From Myxococcales bacterium (GTDB lineage: Bacteria; Myxococcota_A; Polyangia; Polyangiales; GCA-016699535), in the NCBI GenBank assembly GCA_016699535.1, contig CP064980.1, positions 3,296,835 to 3,360,834 of the forward strand: 64,000 nt of DNA. Reading direction: 5' to 3'. Both the position numbers and the translations under genes were made by a program. This document shows, one piece after another, positions 38,965 to 48,019 of this stretch; the stretch's first letter is position 1, and every line of letters starts with the position of its first letter. Below the pieces are notes generated by a model, which had not been told where the DNA came from, made no database searches, and was given only the letters and a program-made list of their open reading frames with translations.

Positions 38965-39750
38965 ATGGAATCAACGACTATAGAAGAGTGGGCTCAAGCT
39001 TTTATTTTGAGCACGCGTTTGAGCGACAAGCTAGAGCCTTCTGCGCCGCCGAAGCGATTTGCGGCGGATGGATTTGCTGGCGTTGATTTGCGGCCGGGCC
39101 GCCCGGAGGAATTAGTCGTCACAAAGAAGGCGCGTGGCTTTCGAGGGGCACACCGTTCGGTTTTGGCACGTGCGCGTGCGGCGCATACTTTCTTGCATCA
39201 CGAACTTCAGGCGGCGGAACTGATGTGTTGGTGCTTGCTGCGTTTTCCAGATGCACCCAAAAGTTTTCGGCGCGGCCTTGTGAAGATCGCCACCGATGAG
39301 TTGCGGCATATGGCGATGTACCGCGAATACATTGAAAGCTTGGGTTACGCCGTGGGCGCTTTTGAGGTGCGGGATTGGTTTTGGAATCGCGTTCCGCAAT
39401 GCCAGAGCCCTACCGAATATGTGGCAACCATGGGCATGGGTTTTGAAGCTGCCAACCTCGATCACAGCGAGCGCTTTGCGAGCATTTTCGAGGCAGCCGG
39501 CGATCACAGCGGAGCGGCTTTGCAGCGGCATGTGGGCCAAGAAGAGATCGGGCATGTGCGTTTCGCAGTCCATTGGTTTTGCGCTTTTGGTGCAGAGCTT
39601 AACTTTAAAGAATGGAGCAAGCATTTGCCTGCGCCGCTATCGCCGATGGTGATGAAGGGACGGCCGCTCAATCGCGCGGCGCGAGCCAAAGCCTCGCTTG
39701 GGCAAGACTTTTGTGATGAGCTGGAGCAATGGGAAGCCATTGGGTTATAA
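38965..39750 (+). CDS. DUF455-type ferritin-like (MiaE-related di-iron) protein
   Basis: HHELQAAEL, TDELRHMAMY, EAANLDHSERF and EEIGHVRF helices, giving repeated E...ExxH ligand patterns. Confidence 0.7.
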   Translation: MESTTIEEWAQAFILSTRLSDKLEPSAPPKRFAADGFAGVDLRPGRPEELVVTKKARGFRGAHRSVLARARAAHTFLHHELQAAELMCWCLLRFPDAPKSFRRGLVKIATDELRHMAMYREYIESLGYAVGAFEVRDWFWNRVPQCQSPTEYVATMGMGFEAANLDHSERFASIFEAAGDHSGAALQRHVGQEEIGHVRFAVHWFCAFGAELNFKEWSKHLPAPLSPMVMKGRPLNRAARAKASLGQDFCDELEQWEAIGL

Positions 39751-40567
39751 ATTTCGATGCTGAGCTAGAACTGGCCGGCGACTCGCTTCCTAAAAACGCC
39801 ACGCAGTTCTTGCAAAGTTATGATTTGCGAAAACTGCCTTTTATCGCCACAGGCGATACTATTGCTGGTTTGGACAAGCCTAAACCGGGCTCTATAGGAA
39901 AAGCATTTTGTCCCACCCCACATGCGCTTGCTCGGCTTGCACGAGAGGGGGTTATCGCAGCAGCGGCGCCGTCGGTTGATGTTTTGCGCACAGTTAATCA
40001 TCGCGCGTTTTGCGCAAAGCTCGGGCAAACCCTAGAGGGTGCACACTTTGCTACCGACAAGGCAGAAGTGATTAAAGTCATTCAAAGCGGCAGCCCTTAC
40101 CTGCTTAAACGTCCTTTGGCGATGGCTGGCCGGGCAAGTCGTTCGGTGAGCAGCGAGACGCTGTGTGATCAAGATCATCGCTGGATTGAAGCAAGCCTCG
40201 AAGGTATGATGGTTTGCAAGTCGAACCTGAAGTGGCCATCGACATCGAGTTTTCCATCCACGGATTTGTCAACGAGGCGGGTGAATACCGGATAGGCGAT
40301 CCAGTAGAACAAATCGTCGATGAACACGGCGTATGGCGTAGTGGCCAAGCAGCTGAAGCAAAGATTTTTGCCAACGAAGAAGGCGAACTACGCGAACAGG
40401 CAAATAATGTAGCGAAGGCCTTACATCGAGCCGGTTATTTTGGTCCGTTTGGCATCGACGCTTACCGCTACCGCAAGGGCAAGCACATGTGCTTTCAGCC
40501 ACGCTCAGAAATCAACGCGCGCTACACCATGACCTGGGGAATCGCCGGCGGAGCACTCTACTGCTAA
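39729..40567 (+). pseudogene. ATP-grasp-like protein, split by a frame break
   Basis: ORF 39729-40295 has LLKRPLAMAGR. ORF 40214-40567 has LQVEPEVAIDIEFSIHG...GYFGPFGIDAY...RSEINARYTMTWG. The frames join at about 40212-40220. The start overlaps the DUF455 gene by 22 nt. Confidence 0.55.
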
Positions 40568-40708
40568 GTGGAAAAGGAGGTTGGCACCTCTGGACCCGGT
40601 GGAGCACTGCACTGCTCAGCGGAAAAGGAGGTTGGCACCCTTGGTTCGCCCTTGGTTCCGGCGGACCGCTGTACGGCTAAGTGGAAAAAGGAGGTTGGCA
40701 CCCTTGGT
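40546..40708. repeat. Three tandem units (51, 62 and ~50 bp) with the conserved core G(T/C)GGAAAA(A)GGAGGTTGGCACC(C/T)(T/C)TGG
   Basis: The cores lie at 40568-40593, 40619-40644 and 40681-40707. The inter-core segments are also related (CGGYGGAsC.CT..AC.GCT.AG). Unit 1 includes the last 22 nt of the upstream CDS. Unit 2 contains an internal 11-bp duplication (CCTTGGTTCG/CCCTTGGTTCC). Confidence 0.85.
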
Positions 40709-40711
40709 CGA

Positions 40712-40818
40712 ATAATTGCGGAGCAAATCGCTGTTTGCGCCCTTCGTCTGCAGCGTCACGAATTAAACACGTCACTCTAAACTGCTGTTATTTATAGATA
40801 ATTGCAGAGCAAATCGCT
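40712..40818. promoter_or_regulatory. Two copies of the 21-nt motif ATAATTGC(G/A)GAGCAAATCGCT, 86 bp apart, upstream of queD
   Basis: The copies at 40712-40732 and 40798-40818 are 20/21 identical. Each contains TTGC-N3-GCAA dyad symmetry. Confidence 0.4.
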
Positions 40819-40877
40819 TTTTAGTCGGGCGACTACCGGTGAAGCTGATTATTGGGTATAGGGACGGCATTCGCCCC

Positions 40878-41237
40878 ATGCAAACAGAAATCGAAAAAAC
40901 CTTTGGTTTTGAAGCAGCTCACCGTTTGCCGGAGGTCGGCGAGCATCACAAATGCTTCAATCTTCACGGCCACAGCTTTCGCGTCACCCTTCGCGTTCGG
41001 GGTCCCGTAGATCCGAGGAAGGGCTGGATTGTTGATTTCGCAGAGCTGCGTTCGGCCTGGCAGCCTCTTATGGATATCTTGGATCATCACTATCTGAACG
41101 ACATCGAAGGATTGGAAAATCCAACCAGCGAAGTCCTCGCAGCGTGGATTGCTGAGCACATCACCATTAAGGGCGCCAAACTTCATTCGGTGACAATCCA
41201 TGAGACCTGCACCTCGGCAGCAACGGTATACCTTTAA
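40878..41237 (+). CDS. queD: 6-carboxy-5,6,7,8-tetrahydropterin synthase (PTPS/QueD family)
   Basis: FGFEAAHRLP...HGHSF...LDHHYLND motifs. The ATG at 40878 is preferred to the GTG at 40839. Confidence 0.85.
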   Translation: MQTEIEKTFGFEAAHRLPEVGEHHKCFNLHGHSFRVTLRVRGPVDPRKGWIVDFAELRSAWQPLMDILDHHYLNDIEGLENPTSEVLAAWIAEHITIKGAKLHSVTIHETCTSAATVYL

Positions 41238-42914
41238 ATGGTTCTTACTATGAACCTTCGGAGAAACATGCTTATTCGTTCACTTGTATTACTCGTCATT
41301 CTTTTTTCTTCCTGCACACCCCAAACAACTGAAAGCACCTTTCCAAACAAAGCGTATGGAAAGCATCCTCTGGTATTGAGTATTGTTCTTGACCAAGTAG
41401 GAAGCTGGGCGCTGGAGCGCTACCTCCCCTACCTCGACGAACATGGCTTGATTCGGAGCCATTTGCCGAAAGCTGAATACTTCAAATATGTACAACTTGC
41501 GCACGCAACCACGTTTACAGCACCGGGTCATGCGGCGATTTTTACCGGGGAGCCACCACGACACAGCGGGATCGGCGCCAACCGGGTCTGGGACTACAAA
41601 CGCAACGATGTACGCATGATTGTCGACACCGGCAAGCATCGGGTTTTTGCAGACACCGCGCACTTTGCTAGCCCTGATGAACTCGAGGCACAAACCGTAG
41701 GCGACCTTCTCAAAGTACAAAGCAGAGGAAAATCCAAGGTTGTATCGATTTCAATCAAGCCTTGGCCTGCGGTTGTTTCAGGCGGTAAAAAGGCAGACTT
41801 GGCAGCATGGTACACGCCTCGAGAAAACGATGGCGCGATGAGCACCTCCAGTTACTACAGCAAAGAAGAGCCCTCATGGATATCGAGCTGGAACAAGGAC
41901 CACACAGTTGCTCAGTTTTGGGGCGCATGGGACGCTGAGAATCAAAAACTGTACACATCGGTAGTAGGCGCCGATGAGGGCCCTGGGGAAGACACGCTTG
42001 AAGGCTGGAGCACCACCTTTCCTCACGACCCTAAAAAGGCCAAAGAACCCTACGTTGCTTTTGAGTACACCCCGCAAGCTACGGCTTACCTATTGAAGTT
42101 TACCGAAAAAGCAGTTGAACACTACGGTTTAGGACAGGACAGTTATCCCGATCTACTAATGGTGTCTGTTTCTGGCACCGACAAAATCGGTCACACCTTT
42201 GGCGTCGAGTCCTGGGAGTATTTGGACAATCTTATTCGCGTCGATCGTATGCTCGGACAGTTTGTCGCTCAGCTTGAAAAGACAACCGACCTTTCCGTGC
42301 TGATTACTTCCGATCATGGCTCTTATCCACTGCCCGAAAAATCGGAGCACCCGGAAGAAGGTGGCCGTCTTGACTACGAAGCAACCCTAAACGATCTGAA
42401 CACCTTGGCGCAAAAACAATTGGGCCAGGGAAAGTGGTTCGCTTATCTCGAATTTCCATTGCTTTACTTTGCACAAGAAGCAAAAACTGGCGACAAACGC
42501 AAAAAGTTAATCGCGATAGCAACCGAGTATTTCACAAAACTATCTGGCGTTTCTCGCGTATTTGACACGGCGGAATTTAGTTCCGAAAGCGAAGAAAAAG
42601 ATCCTTTGCGCGAAGCCATTCGCCTGTCTTTACCCGCAAAACTTGGCGCGGATATGTACATTATTCCAGGACAAAACACGGTACCACGCGCCAAAGGCGG
42701 CACCACACACGGAAGTCCTTGGCCACATGACCGGCAAGTTCCCGTTATTGTGTGGCGCAGTCGAGCGCATGCTGACGCGGCGCAAACGCCACAAGGGAGC
42801 CAGGAAATGATTCGTAACGAACTATACGATCAACGACGTATTGCATCGACGCTTGCTGATTTGTTAGGACTACCTGCCCTAAAGCGGCCATCGCTCTTAG
42901 AGACAAGCAAGTAA
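41238..42914 (+). CDS. Alkaline-phosphatase-superfamily lipoprotein (nucleotide pyrophosphatase/phosphodiesterase-like)
   Basis: Lipobox [21 protein letters not shown] (nucleophile Thr region), [10 protein letters not shown] and ITSDHGS motifs. The start abuts the queD stop, and the stop shares one nt with the cysD ATG. Confidence 0.65.
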   Translation: MVLTMNLRRNMLIRSLVLLVILFSSCTPQTTESTFPNKAYGKHPLVLSIVLDQVGSWALERYLPYLDEHGLIRSHLPKAEYFKYVQLAHATTFTAPGHAAIFTGEPPRHSGIGANRVWDYKRNDVRMIVDTGKHRVFADTAHFASPDELEAQTVGDLLKVQSRGKSKVVSISIKPWPAVVSGGKKADLAAWYTPRENDGAMSTSSYYSKEEPSWISSWNKDHTVAQFWGAWDAENQKLYTSVVGADEGPGEDTLEGWSTTFPHDPKKAKEPYVAFEYTPQATAYLLKFTEKAVEHYGLGQDSYPDLLMVSVSGTDKIGHTFGVESWEYLDNLIRVDRMLGQFVAQLEKTTDLSVLITSDHGSYPLPEKSEHPEEGGRLDYEATLNDLNTLAQKQLGQGKWFAYLEFPLLYFAQEAKTGDKRKKLIAIATEYFTKLSGVSRVFDTAEFSSESEEKDPLREAIRLSLPAKLGADMYIIPGQNTVPRAKGGTTHGSPWPHDRQVPVIVWRSRAHADAAQTPQGSQEMIRNELYDQRRIASTLADLLGLPALKRPSLLETSK

Positions 42915-43831
42915 TGAAACCTTCGCTAAAAAGCCAACTCAATCATCTCAAGCAGCTCGAAGCGGAAAGTATTCACATCATCCGCGAAGCGACTGCTAGT
43001 TTTGATAAGCCCGTGATGCTCTACTCGATCGGGAAGGACTCGGCCGTGATGGTGCATCTTGCGCGCAAAGCATTTCATCCGGCGCCGCTGCCCTTTGCTC
43101 TGCTCCATGTGGATACCACCTGGAAGTTCAAAGAGATGATCGCGTTTCGTGACCAATACACCAAGCAGTATGGCATGCGGCTCTTAGTGCACTCGAACAA
43201 AGAAGGCGTGCAAAACAATGTCAACCCCTTTGACTATGGTAGTAGCAGCTACACCCAGGTAATGAAAACGCAAGCTTTGCTGCAAGCACTCAAGCAACAC
43301 GAATTCGATTGCGCCTTTGGTGGAGCACGCCGCGATGAGGAGCGCTCCCGGGCCAAAGAACGGATTTTTTCCTTTCGAGACCGTTTTCAGCAATGGGATC
43401 CCAAAAACCAACGGCCCGAACTTTGGGAGGTCTACAACACACGGATTCGGCAAGGGGAAAGCGTACGAGTCTTTCCTCTATCCAACTGGACCGAGCTCGA
43501 CGTCTGGCTCTACATCTGGAAGGAAAACATCCCTGTTGTGCCACTTTATTTTGCCAAAGAGCGTCCTGTGGTTAAGCGGGCTGGCACGTGGATCATGGCA
43601 GACGATGAACGCATGCGCCTTGAGGCAGGTGAAAAACCCGAAATGAAGAAGGTTCGCTTTCGCACTTTAGGCTGCTACCCCCTAAGTGGCGCTATTGAAT
43701 CGGACGCCGACACCGTGCCTAAACTGATTCAAGAAATGCTGCTTACACGTTTTTCTGAACGTCAAGGCCGGCTTATTGATTTTGACACCGAGGGCTCGAT
43801 GGAGCTCAAAAAACGAGAAGGTTATTTTTAA
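42914..43831 (+). CDS. cysD: Sulfate adenylyltransferase subunit 2
   Basis: PAPS-reductase/ATP-PPase fold ([19 protein letters not shown]) with a typical CysD C-terminus ending in KKREGYF. Confidence 0.9.
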   Translation: MKPSLKSQLNHLKQLEAESIHIIREATASFDKPVMLYSIGKDSAVMVHLARKAFHPAPLPFALLHVDTTWKFKEMIAFRDQYTKQYGMRLLVHSNKEGVQNNVNPFDYGSSSYTQVMKTQALLQALKQHEFDCAFGGARRDEERSRAKERIFSFRDRFQQWDPKNQRPELWEVYNTRIRQGESVRVFPLSNWTELDVWLYIWKENIPVVPLYFAKERPVVKRAGTWIMADDERMRLEAGEKPEMKKVRFRTLGCYPLSGAIESDADTVPKLIQEMLLTRFSERQGRLIDFDTEGSMELKKREGYF

Positions 43832-43836
43832 TCATC

Positions 43837-45678
43837 ATGTCAATCGTAAAACAAGATGACGAATTGATTCGAAGCGACATCGAAGGCTATCTCGCATCGT
43901 ATCAAAACAAAGAGCTCTTACGTTTTGTTGCAGTGGGCTCTGTGGACGATGGCAAATCGACCCTCATTGGACGCCTTCTTCACGACACGGGAATGGTCTA
44001 CGAAGACCAATTGCAATCGGTACGCAAGGCCACGGCCATAGAAGGCGAAGATATCGACTTCTCACTCTTTACAGATGGGCTACGTGCTGAGCGCGAACAG
44101 GGCATTACCATCGATGTCGCCTACCGCTATTTTTCAACAGCAGTACGTAAATTTATCATCGCCGACACACCAGGGCACGTTCAGTACACGCGTAACATGG
44201 TTACAGGCGCATCCACCGCGCATGTCGCACTCATTCTTATTGATGCGCGTTTGGGCGTGCTGCAGCAATCCAGAAGACATGCCTATATCGCATCCCTGTT
44301 AGGGATTCCAAATCTCGCTGTTTGTATAAACAAAATGGATCTTGTTGGTTACGATCAGCACGTTTTCGAACGCATCAAGAAAAACTTTTCTGCTTTTTCT
44401 GACAGCCTAGCTTTCAAGGAAGTAAGCTTTTTCCCCATTAGCGCACTTAAGGGCAGCAACATTGTGTCCGCTTCTCCGCACACCGCTTGGTACACCGGAC
44501 CCACAGTGCTTGGCTATCTTGAAACCGTAGCGCTTGCAGAAGATCAAAACCCTGACGATTTTCGCTTTCCAGTGCAGACTGTGATTCGGCCACATCTTGA
44601 TTACCGCGGCTTTGCTGGGAAAATTGTTTCTGGCTCTATCAGCCGGGGCGATGAAATTATCACGCTTCCGTCGGGCAAGCGAAGTCACGTAAGTTCCATC
44701 GACACCTTTGATGGCGAACTCGAACAAGCTTGTGCAAACCAATCCGTCACCATCCGTTTGGATGACGAGATTGATATCAGCCGAGGCGACATGCTGGTTA
44801 AAGCAAACAGTCTACCTTCTGTTGGGCGAAGCGTTGATGCAAGCCTTGTCTGGATGAACGAAAAAGAGCTTGATTCAGAAAAGAGTTACATTTTAAAGCA
44901 CACTACCCAAAGTGTACGCGTTCAAATCGATAAAGTTCATTGGAAAAAAGACATGGACACCTTAAAAGAGGTGGAGGCTTCAACCCTTGGTCTCAATGAC
45001 ATCGGCAAGGTGAGTTTATCGTGTCATCGCGCTATTTACTTCGATGCCTATACAAAAAACCGAAACACCGGTGCCTTTATTCTCATCGACTCACTGAGCA
45101 ACGACACAGTGGCAGCGGGAATGATTGGGCCCAGTACGACCAAACAAGAATTCGATGAGGCCCTTCGCGAACTTCGCGCAGGCTCGGCACTAAAGCCAAA
45201 AAGCCAAATCAGCCGCGCAGAACGAATGCACCGCTTGGGGCAACATGGCGCTGTCGTATGGCTCACCGGCCTTCCAGGTTCAGGACGCTGGACCCTCGCC
45301 TACGCCCTTGAGCGCCGCCTTTTTGACTTGGGATGCACGGCTACGGTCATCGATCCGACGCAAGAAACCTTGTCGTCCATGATTTCATCTGCCAAAGCCG
45401 TTACACACGCGGGTCTTATCGCTATCTGTGCTTTTCCAAGTTACAAGCACGACGATCGCGAAGCTGTTCGCTCACGCATAGGCGATCAACGCTTTGTGCA
45501 AGTCTACGTGAACACTTCACTTGAGCTCTGTAAAGAGCGACGACCTGGTGCTGATTTTTCCGGCTTTGAAGAGCCCGCGAACCCTGAAGTCACCGTAGCC
45601 CTTGATCACACGCGTATCGAACAAGCCGTCGATTTCATTATCAGTGCACTGAAAAAACAAGGCCGTATCACCATCTAG
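43837..45678 (+). CDS. cysN: Sulfate adenylyltransferase subunit 1 (GTPase) fused to an APS-kinase-like domain with a degenerate P-loop
   Basis: GTPase motifs GSVDDGKST, DTPGH and NKMD. The C-terminal domain is homologous to CysC, but its P-loop reads GLPGSGRWT where GLSGSGKST is expected. No DGDN-like block was seen. Confidence 0.85.
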   Translation: MSIVKQDDELIRSDIEGYLASYQNKELLRFVAVGSVDDGKSTLIGRLLHDTGMVYEDQLQSVRKATAIEGEDIDFSLFTDGLRAEREQGITIDVAYRYFSTAVRKFIIADTPGHVQYTRNMVTGASTAHVALILIDARLGVLQQSRRHAYIASLLGIPNLAVCINKMDLVGYDQHVFERIKKNFSAFSDSLAFKEVSFFPISALKGSNIVSASPHTAWYTGPTVLGYLETVALAEDQNPDDFRFPVQTVIRPHLDYRGFAGKIVSGSISRGDEIITLPSGKRSHVSSIDTFDGELEQACANQSVTIRLDDEIDISRGDMLVKANSLPSVGRSVDASLVWMNEKELDSEKSYILKHTTQSVRVQIDKVHWKKDMDTLKEVEASTLGLNDIGKVSLSCHRAIYFDAYTKNRNTGAFILIDSLSNDTVAAGMIGPSTTKQEFDEALRELRAGSALKPKSQISRAERMHRLGQHGAVVWLTGLPGSGRWTLAYALERRLFDLGCTATVIDPTQETLSSMISSAKAVTHAGLIAICAFPSYKHDDREAVRSRIGDQRFVQVYVNTSLELCKERRPGADFSGFEEPANPEVTVALDHTRIEQAVDFIISALKKQGRITI

Positions 45679-45687
45679 GGAAACACC

Positions 45688-46506
45688 CTAGAACATCGGG
45701 AAGATGGAGCTGGTTTTTCTGTCACGACGGTGCTCACTTGGATGATAGCGCGCATCGACGTAGCGTCGCTCAATGATGAGAACCGAAGCTGGGTTTTGTG
45801 CAGTGTTTTTAAAGTCGCTGATGCTCTCCGGCGTGCAGTGCACCACCGCATTAACAGCAAGAGCGTCTCCTTTCCACTGTATACCTGGACTGAGTACCAT
45901 CATCGACGCCGAAGCTTCCTCGATGATTGGACTCGAATCTGTTTTAAGATCAAGGCGGTAAATTAGCGCATCTTTTCCGTCATGAAAACAACGACGGTGG
46001 ACTCCCTGAACCACTTGCGCAGCAGCTTTAATCTCACTTGGTCGAGCTGTTACGCTAAGCGAAGGCACCCCAAAACCGTCAAGCGCACCAGGTTTTTTCA
46101 AAGTGACTTTCGCCTCAAGCACTGCGCCGTGCTCTACGGATGCAATCGGTGGACTTAGCAGACAACGAAGCAAAACCTGCGCACCCGTTTCAAGTAGTCT
46201 GTAACGGCAATGGCCAAGCAAAAACCGAACCTGTTCAGCGGTCTGCGCGTAACCAACCGTGTACTTTAGTTTCTCAAGATACGCGGCTTGCCCGATGTCG
46301 ACTTGCATCTCGAGATCAACCTGCACGGTTTGCAGTTTATCCAACTCGTGAGTGTAGACGCCAAGCAAAGCATCCAGTTCCAAGCCACTAAGACGTATGG
46401 TCCCGATTGTCATGAACGCAGCATACACAGGTCCGCGACACAGACCAATATTTGGCGTAATTTTCATTGAATCATGACAAATCTGGCATATATCGGATGT
46501 TTTCAT
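45688..46506 (-). CDS. Dihydroneopterin-aldolase (FolB, T-fold) domain protein with an unassigned C-terminal half
   Basis: IRLSGLELDALLGVYTHE...VQVDLEM...TVGYAQ...RLLETGAQ...KVTLKKPGA resembles the FolB pattern. Residues ~150-272 are unassigned. Confidence 0.5.
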   Translation of the reverse strand: MKTSDICQICHDSMKITPNIGLCRGPVYAAFMTIGTIRLSGLELDALLGVYTHELDKLQTVQVDLEMQVDIGQAAYLEKLKYTVGYAQTAEQVRFLLGHCRYRLLETGAQVLLRCLLSPPIASVEHGAVLEAKVTLKKPGALDGFGVPSLSVTARPSEIKAAAQVVQGVHRRCFHDGKDALIYRLDLKTDSSPIIEEASASMMVLSPGIQWKGDALAVNAVVHCTPESISDFKNTAQNPASVLIIERRYVDARYHPSEHRRDRKTSSIFPMF

Positions 46507-46535
46507 GACATGTCTGTCTAGAAGGGCATTGCGTT

Positions 46536-46982
46536 ATGTTGCCGAACGGAGGAGGAACTGTTAAACCGCTGCCGGTGAGTTTTTTAGGCATCGACTATGG
46601 AAGCAAGCGCGTAGGCCTGGCTCTTGCAGAAAACGCAGAGCTCGTCCTGCCGTTAAAGACACTAGCTCGAGGCAAAAACTTTTGGGAGGAACTAAAGACT
46701 TGTATTTTTGACTACGAAGTCGATGTCGTCGTGCTCGGGCTGCCGCTCAACATGGACGGCAGTGAGGGTGATGCCGCAAAGCGAACACGCATTTTTTCCG
46801 ACGAACTTCAGAAGCACATCAATGTTCAAGTGATGCTCTGGGATGAACGGCTTAGTAGCGTCGAAGCTCATGACCGTCTCGATCAAGCAGGATTCTCTTC
46901 AAAGAAACAAAGGCAAGTTGTCGATCAAATGGCTGCCGTGATCATTCTGCAGAGTTTTTTGGATGGCCAAACGCAAAGCTAA
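46536..46982 (+). CDS. ruvX: Holliday-junction-resolvase-like nuclease RuvX/YqgF
   Basis: FLGIDYGSKRVGLALAE, DERLSS and typical size. Confidence 0.85.
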   Translation: MLPNGGGTVKPLPVSFLGIDYGSKRVGLALAENAELVLPLKTLARGKNFWEELKTCIFDYEVDVVVLGLPLNMDGSEGDAAKRTRIFSDELQKHINVQVMLWDERLSSVEAHDRLDQAGFSSKKQRQVVDQMAAVIILQSFLDGQTQS

Positions 46983-47862
46983 CAAACAAACACTTACTTT
47001 GATTGCTGGCTCCCTGGGTGTGCTCATCATCATTGCGCTTGCCTTTGCGCTCTTTTCCTACAAGGAAGCCAGAGAAAAGCGGGCTGCCTATCGTGCACGG
47101 CATGTACGTGTCACTATCCCCGAAGGCTTTGATACCTTTATGATCGGTGCGCGCTTGCAAAAGCTTGGGGTCATTGATGCACAATCATTTATTAGTGCCT
47201 GTGAAGATGAAAGGTTCGTGCGCTACTTAGGGCTCAGCGGCCACAGCCTGGAGGGCTATCTTTTCCCAGACACCTACGAGTTTTTAAAGGAAAGCTCTGC
47301 CGCAATCATCGTCGAGAAGATGGTGAACAACTACAAAAACAAAAGCCAAGCGCTTTGGGATGATAATCGCCGAGCTCTGGATAGCCTCCATGACACCCTT
47401 GGCTGGAGTTCTTACGAAGTACTCATCTTGGCCTCAATCATAGAAAAAGAAGCTCAAAGGAAAGAGGAGCAGGCCATCATTGCTGGAGTGTTTCTAAACC
47501 GGCTTACAAGCACAACTTTTTCTCCAAAACGTTTGCAAGCTGACCCTACCCTTGCTTATGGGTGCAAGCTAGCTTCATCCGCGCTTGTTTCTTGCGCACG
47601 TTTTGACGGAAAACATTTGGGCAAAACGCAACGCATGGATCCTCAAAACCCTTACAACACTTATTTCATCGAAGGCTTGCCGCCCGGTCCGATCAGTAAC
47701 CCTGGCTTATCCGCCATGACTGCAGTGCTCAAGCCCAAGAAGCATGATTTTCTATACTTCGTCTCACGCGGTGATGGCAGCCACCTTTTCAGCCGCACCC
47801 TCGATAAACATCAGCAGGGCATCAATAAATATTTGAAAAAAATTCCTACTAAAACTGATTAG
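46963..47862 (+). CDS. mltG: Endolytic murein transglycosylase MltG (YceG-like)
   Basis: N-terminal TM anchor, then SIIEKEA, QADPTLAYG, YNTY and FLYFVSRGDGSHLFSRTLDKH blocks. Confidence 0.85.
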   Translation: MAKRKANKQTLTLIAGSLGVLIIIALAFALFSYKEAREKRAAYRARHVRVTIPEGFDTFMIGARLQKLGVIDAQSFISACEDERFVRYLGLSGHSLEGYLFPDTYEFLKESSAAIIVEKMVNNYKNKSQALWDDNRRALDSLHDTLGWSSYEVLILASIIEKEAQRKEEQAIIAGVFLNRLTSTTFSPKRLQADPTLAYGCKLASSALVSCARFDGKHLGKTQRMDPQNPYNTYFIEGLPPGPISNPGLSAMTAVLKPKKHDFLYFVSRGDGSHLFSRTLDKHQQGINKYLKKIPTKTD

Positions 47863-48019
47863 AAGCCGCGAATTGGGCAAGAGCTGCACCTGAGCCTTCT
47901 AGACTACAAACTGCGGAAGCTATAAGCCTCTTCTACTCCCGCACTGTCTCAATGCGCCACATGCAGACGCTCTGGTGCAGTCCTTGCCTAATCCACTACC
48001 AAGACCAGTGAGCATTTTT

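Noticed and set aside
40568-40707. A possible mini-CRISPR array: three ~26-nt repeats separated by 25 and 36 nt.
   Set aside because: There are only three units. The 'spacers' are themselves homologous to one another and to the 3' end of the upstream gene. No cas genes are in the window. It is better described as a tandem duplication.
40581-40710. Sigma-54 promoters, because each repeat core contains TGGCAC.
   Set aside because: The -12 element is missing. The sequences following TGGCAC-N5 are GACCC, GTTCG and GTCGA rather than TTGC(A/T). The match is limited to the -24 hexamer.
40568-40780. A 70-aa ORF with repeated EKEVGT peptide units, and the alternative-frame ORF 40489-40680 with repeated LSGKGGWH.
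   Set aside because: The periodicity comes from the DNA tandem repeat. All three frames are open across it, there is no credible start context, and the composition is not protein-like.
40700-40880. A preQ1 riboswitch upstream of queD.
   Set aside because: I could not find the small hairpin plus A-rich tail characteristic of preQ1-I, or anything resembling classes II or III. The conserved elements here are two 21-nt direct repeats instead. A covariance-model scan would still be worthwhile.
45674-45690. The hairpin CTAGGG-AAACA-CCCTAG between convergent cysN/C and the FolB-like gene, as a bidirectional terminator.
   Set aside because: The stem is only 6 bp with no flanking T or A tracts. It also overlaps the cysN/C stop codon and the FolB-like stop codon (45688-45690), so it is too weak to call.
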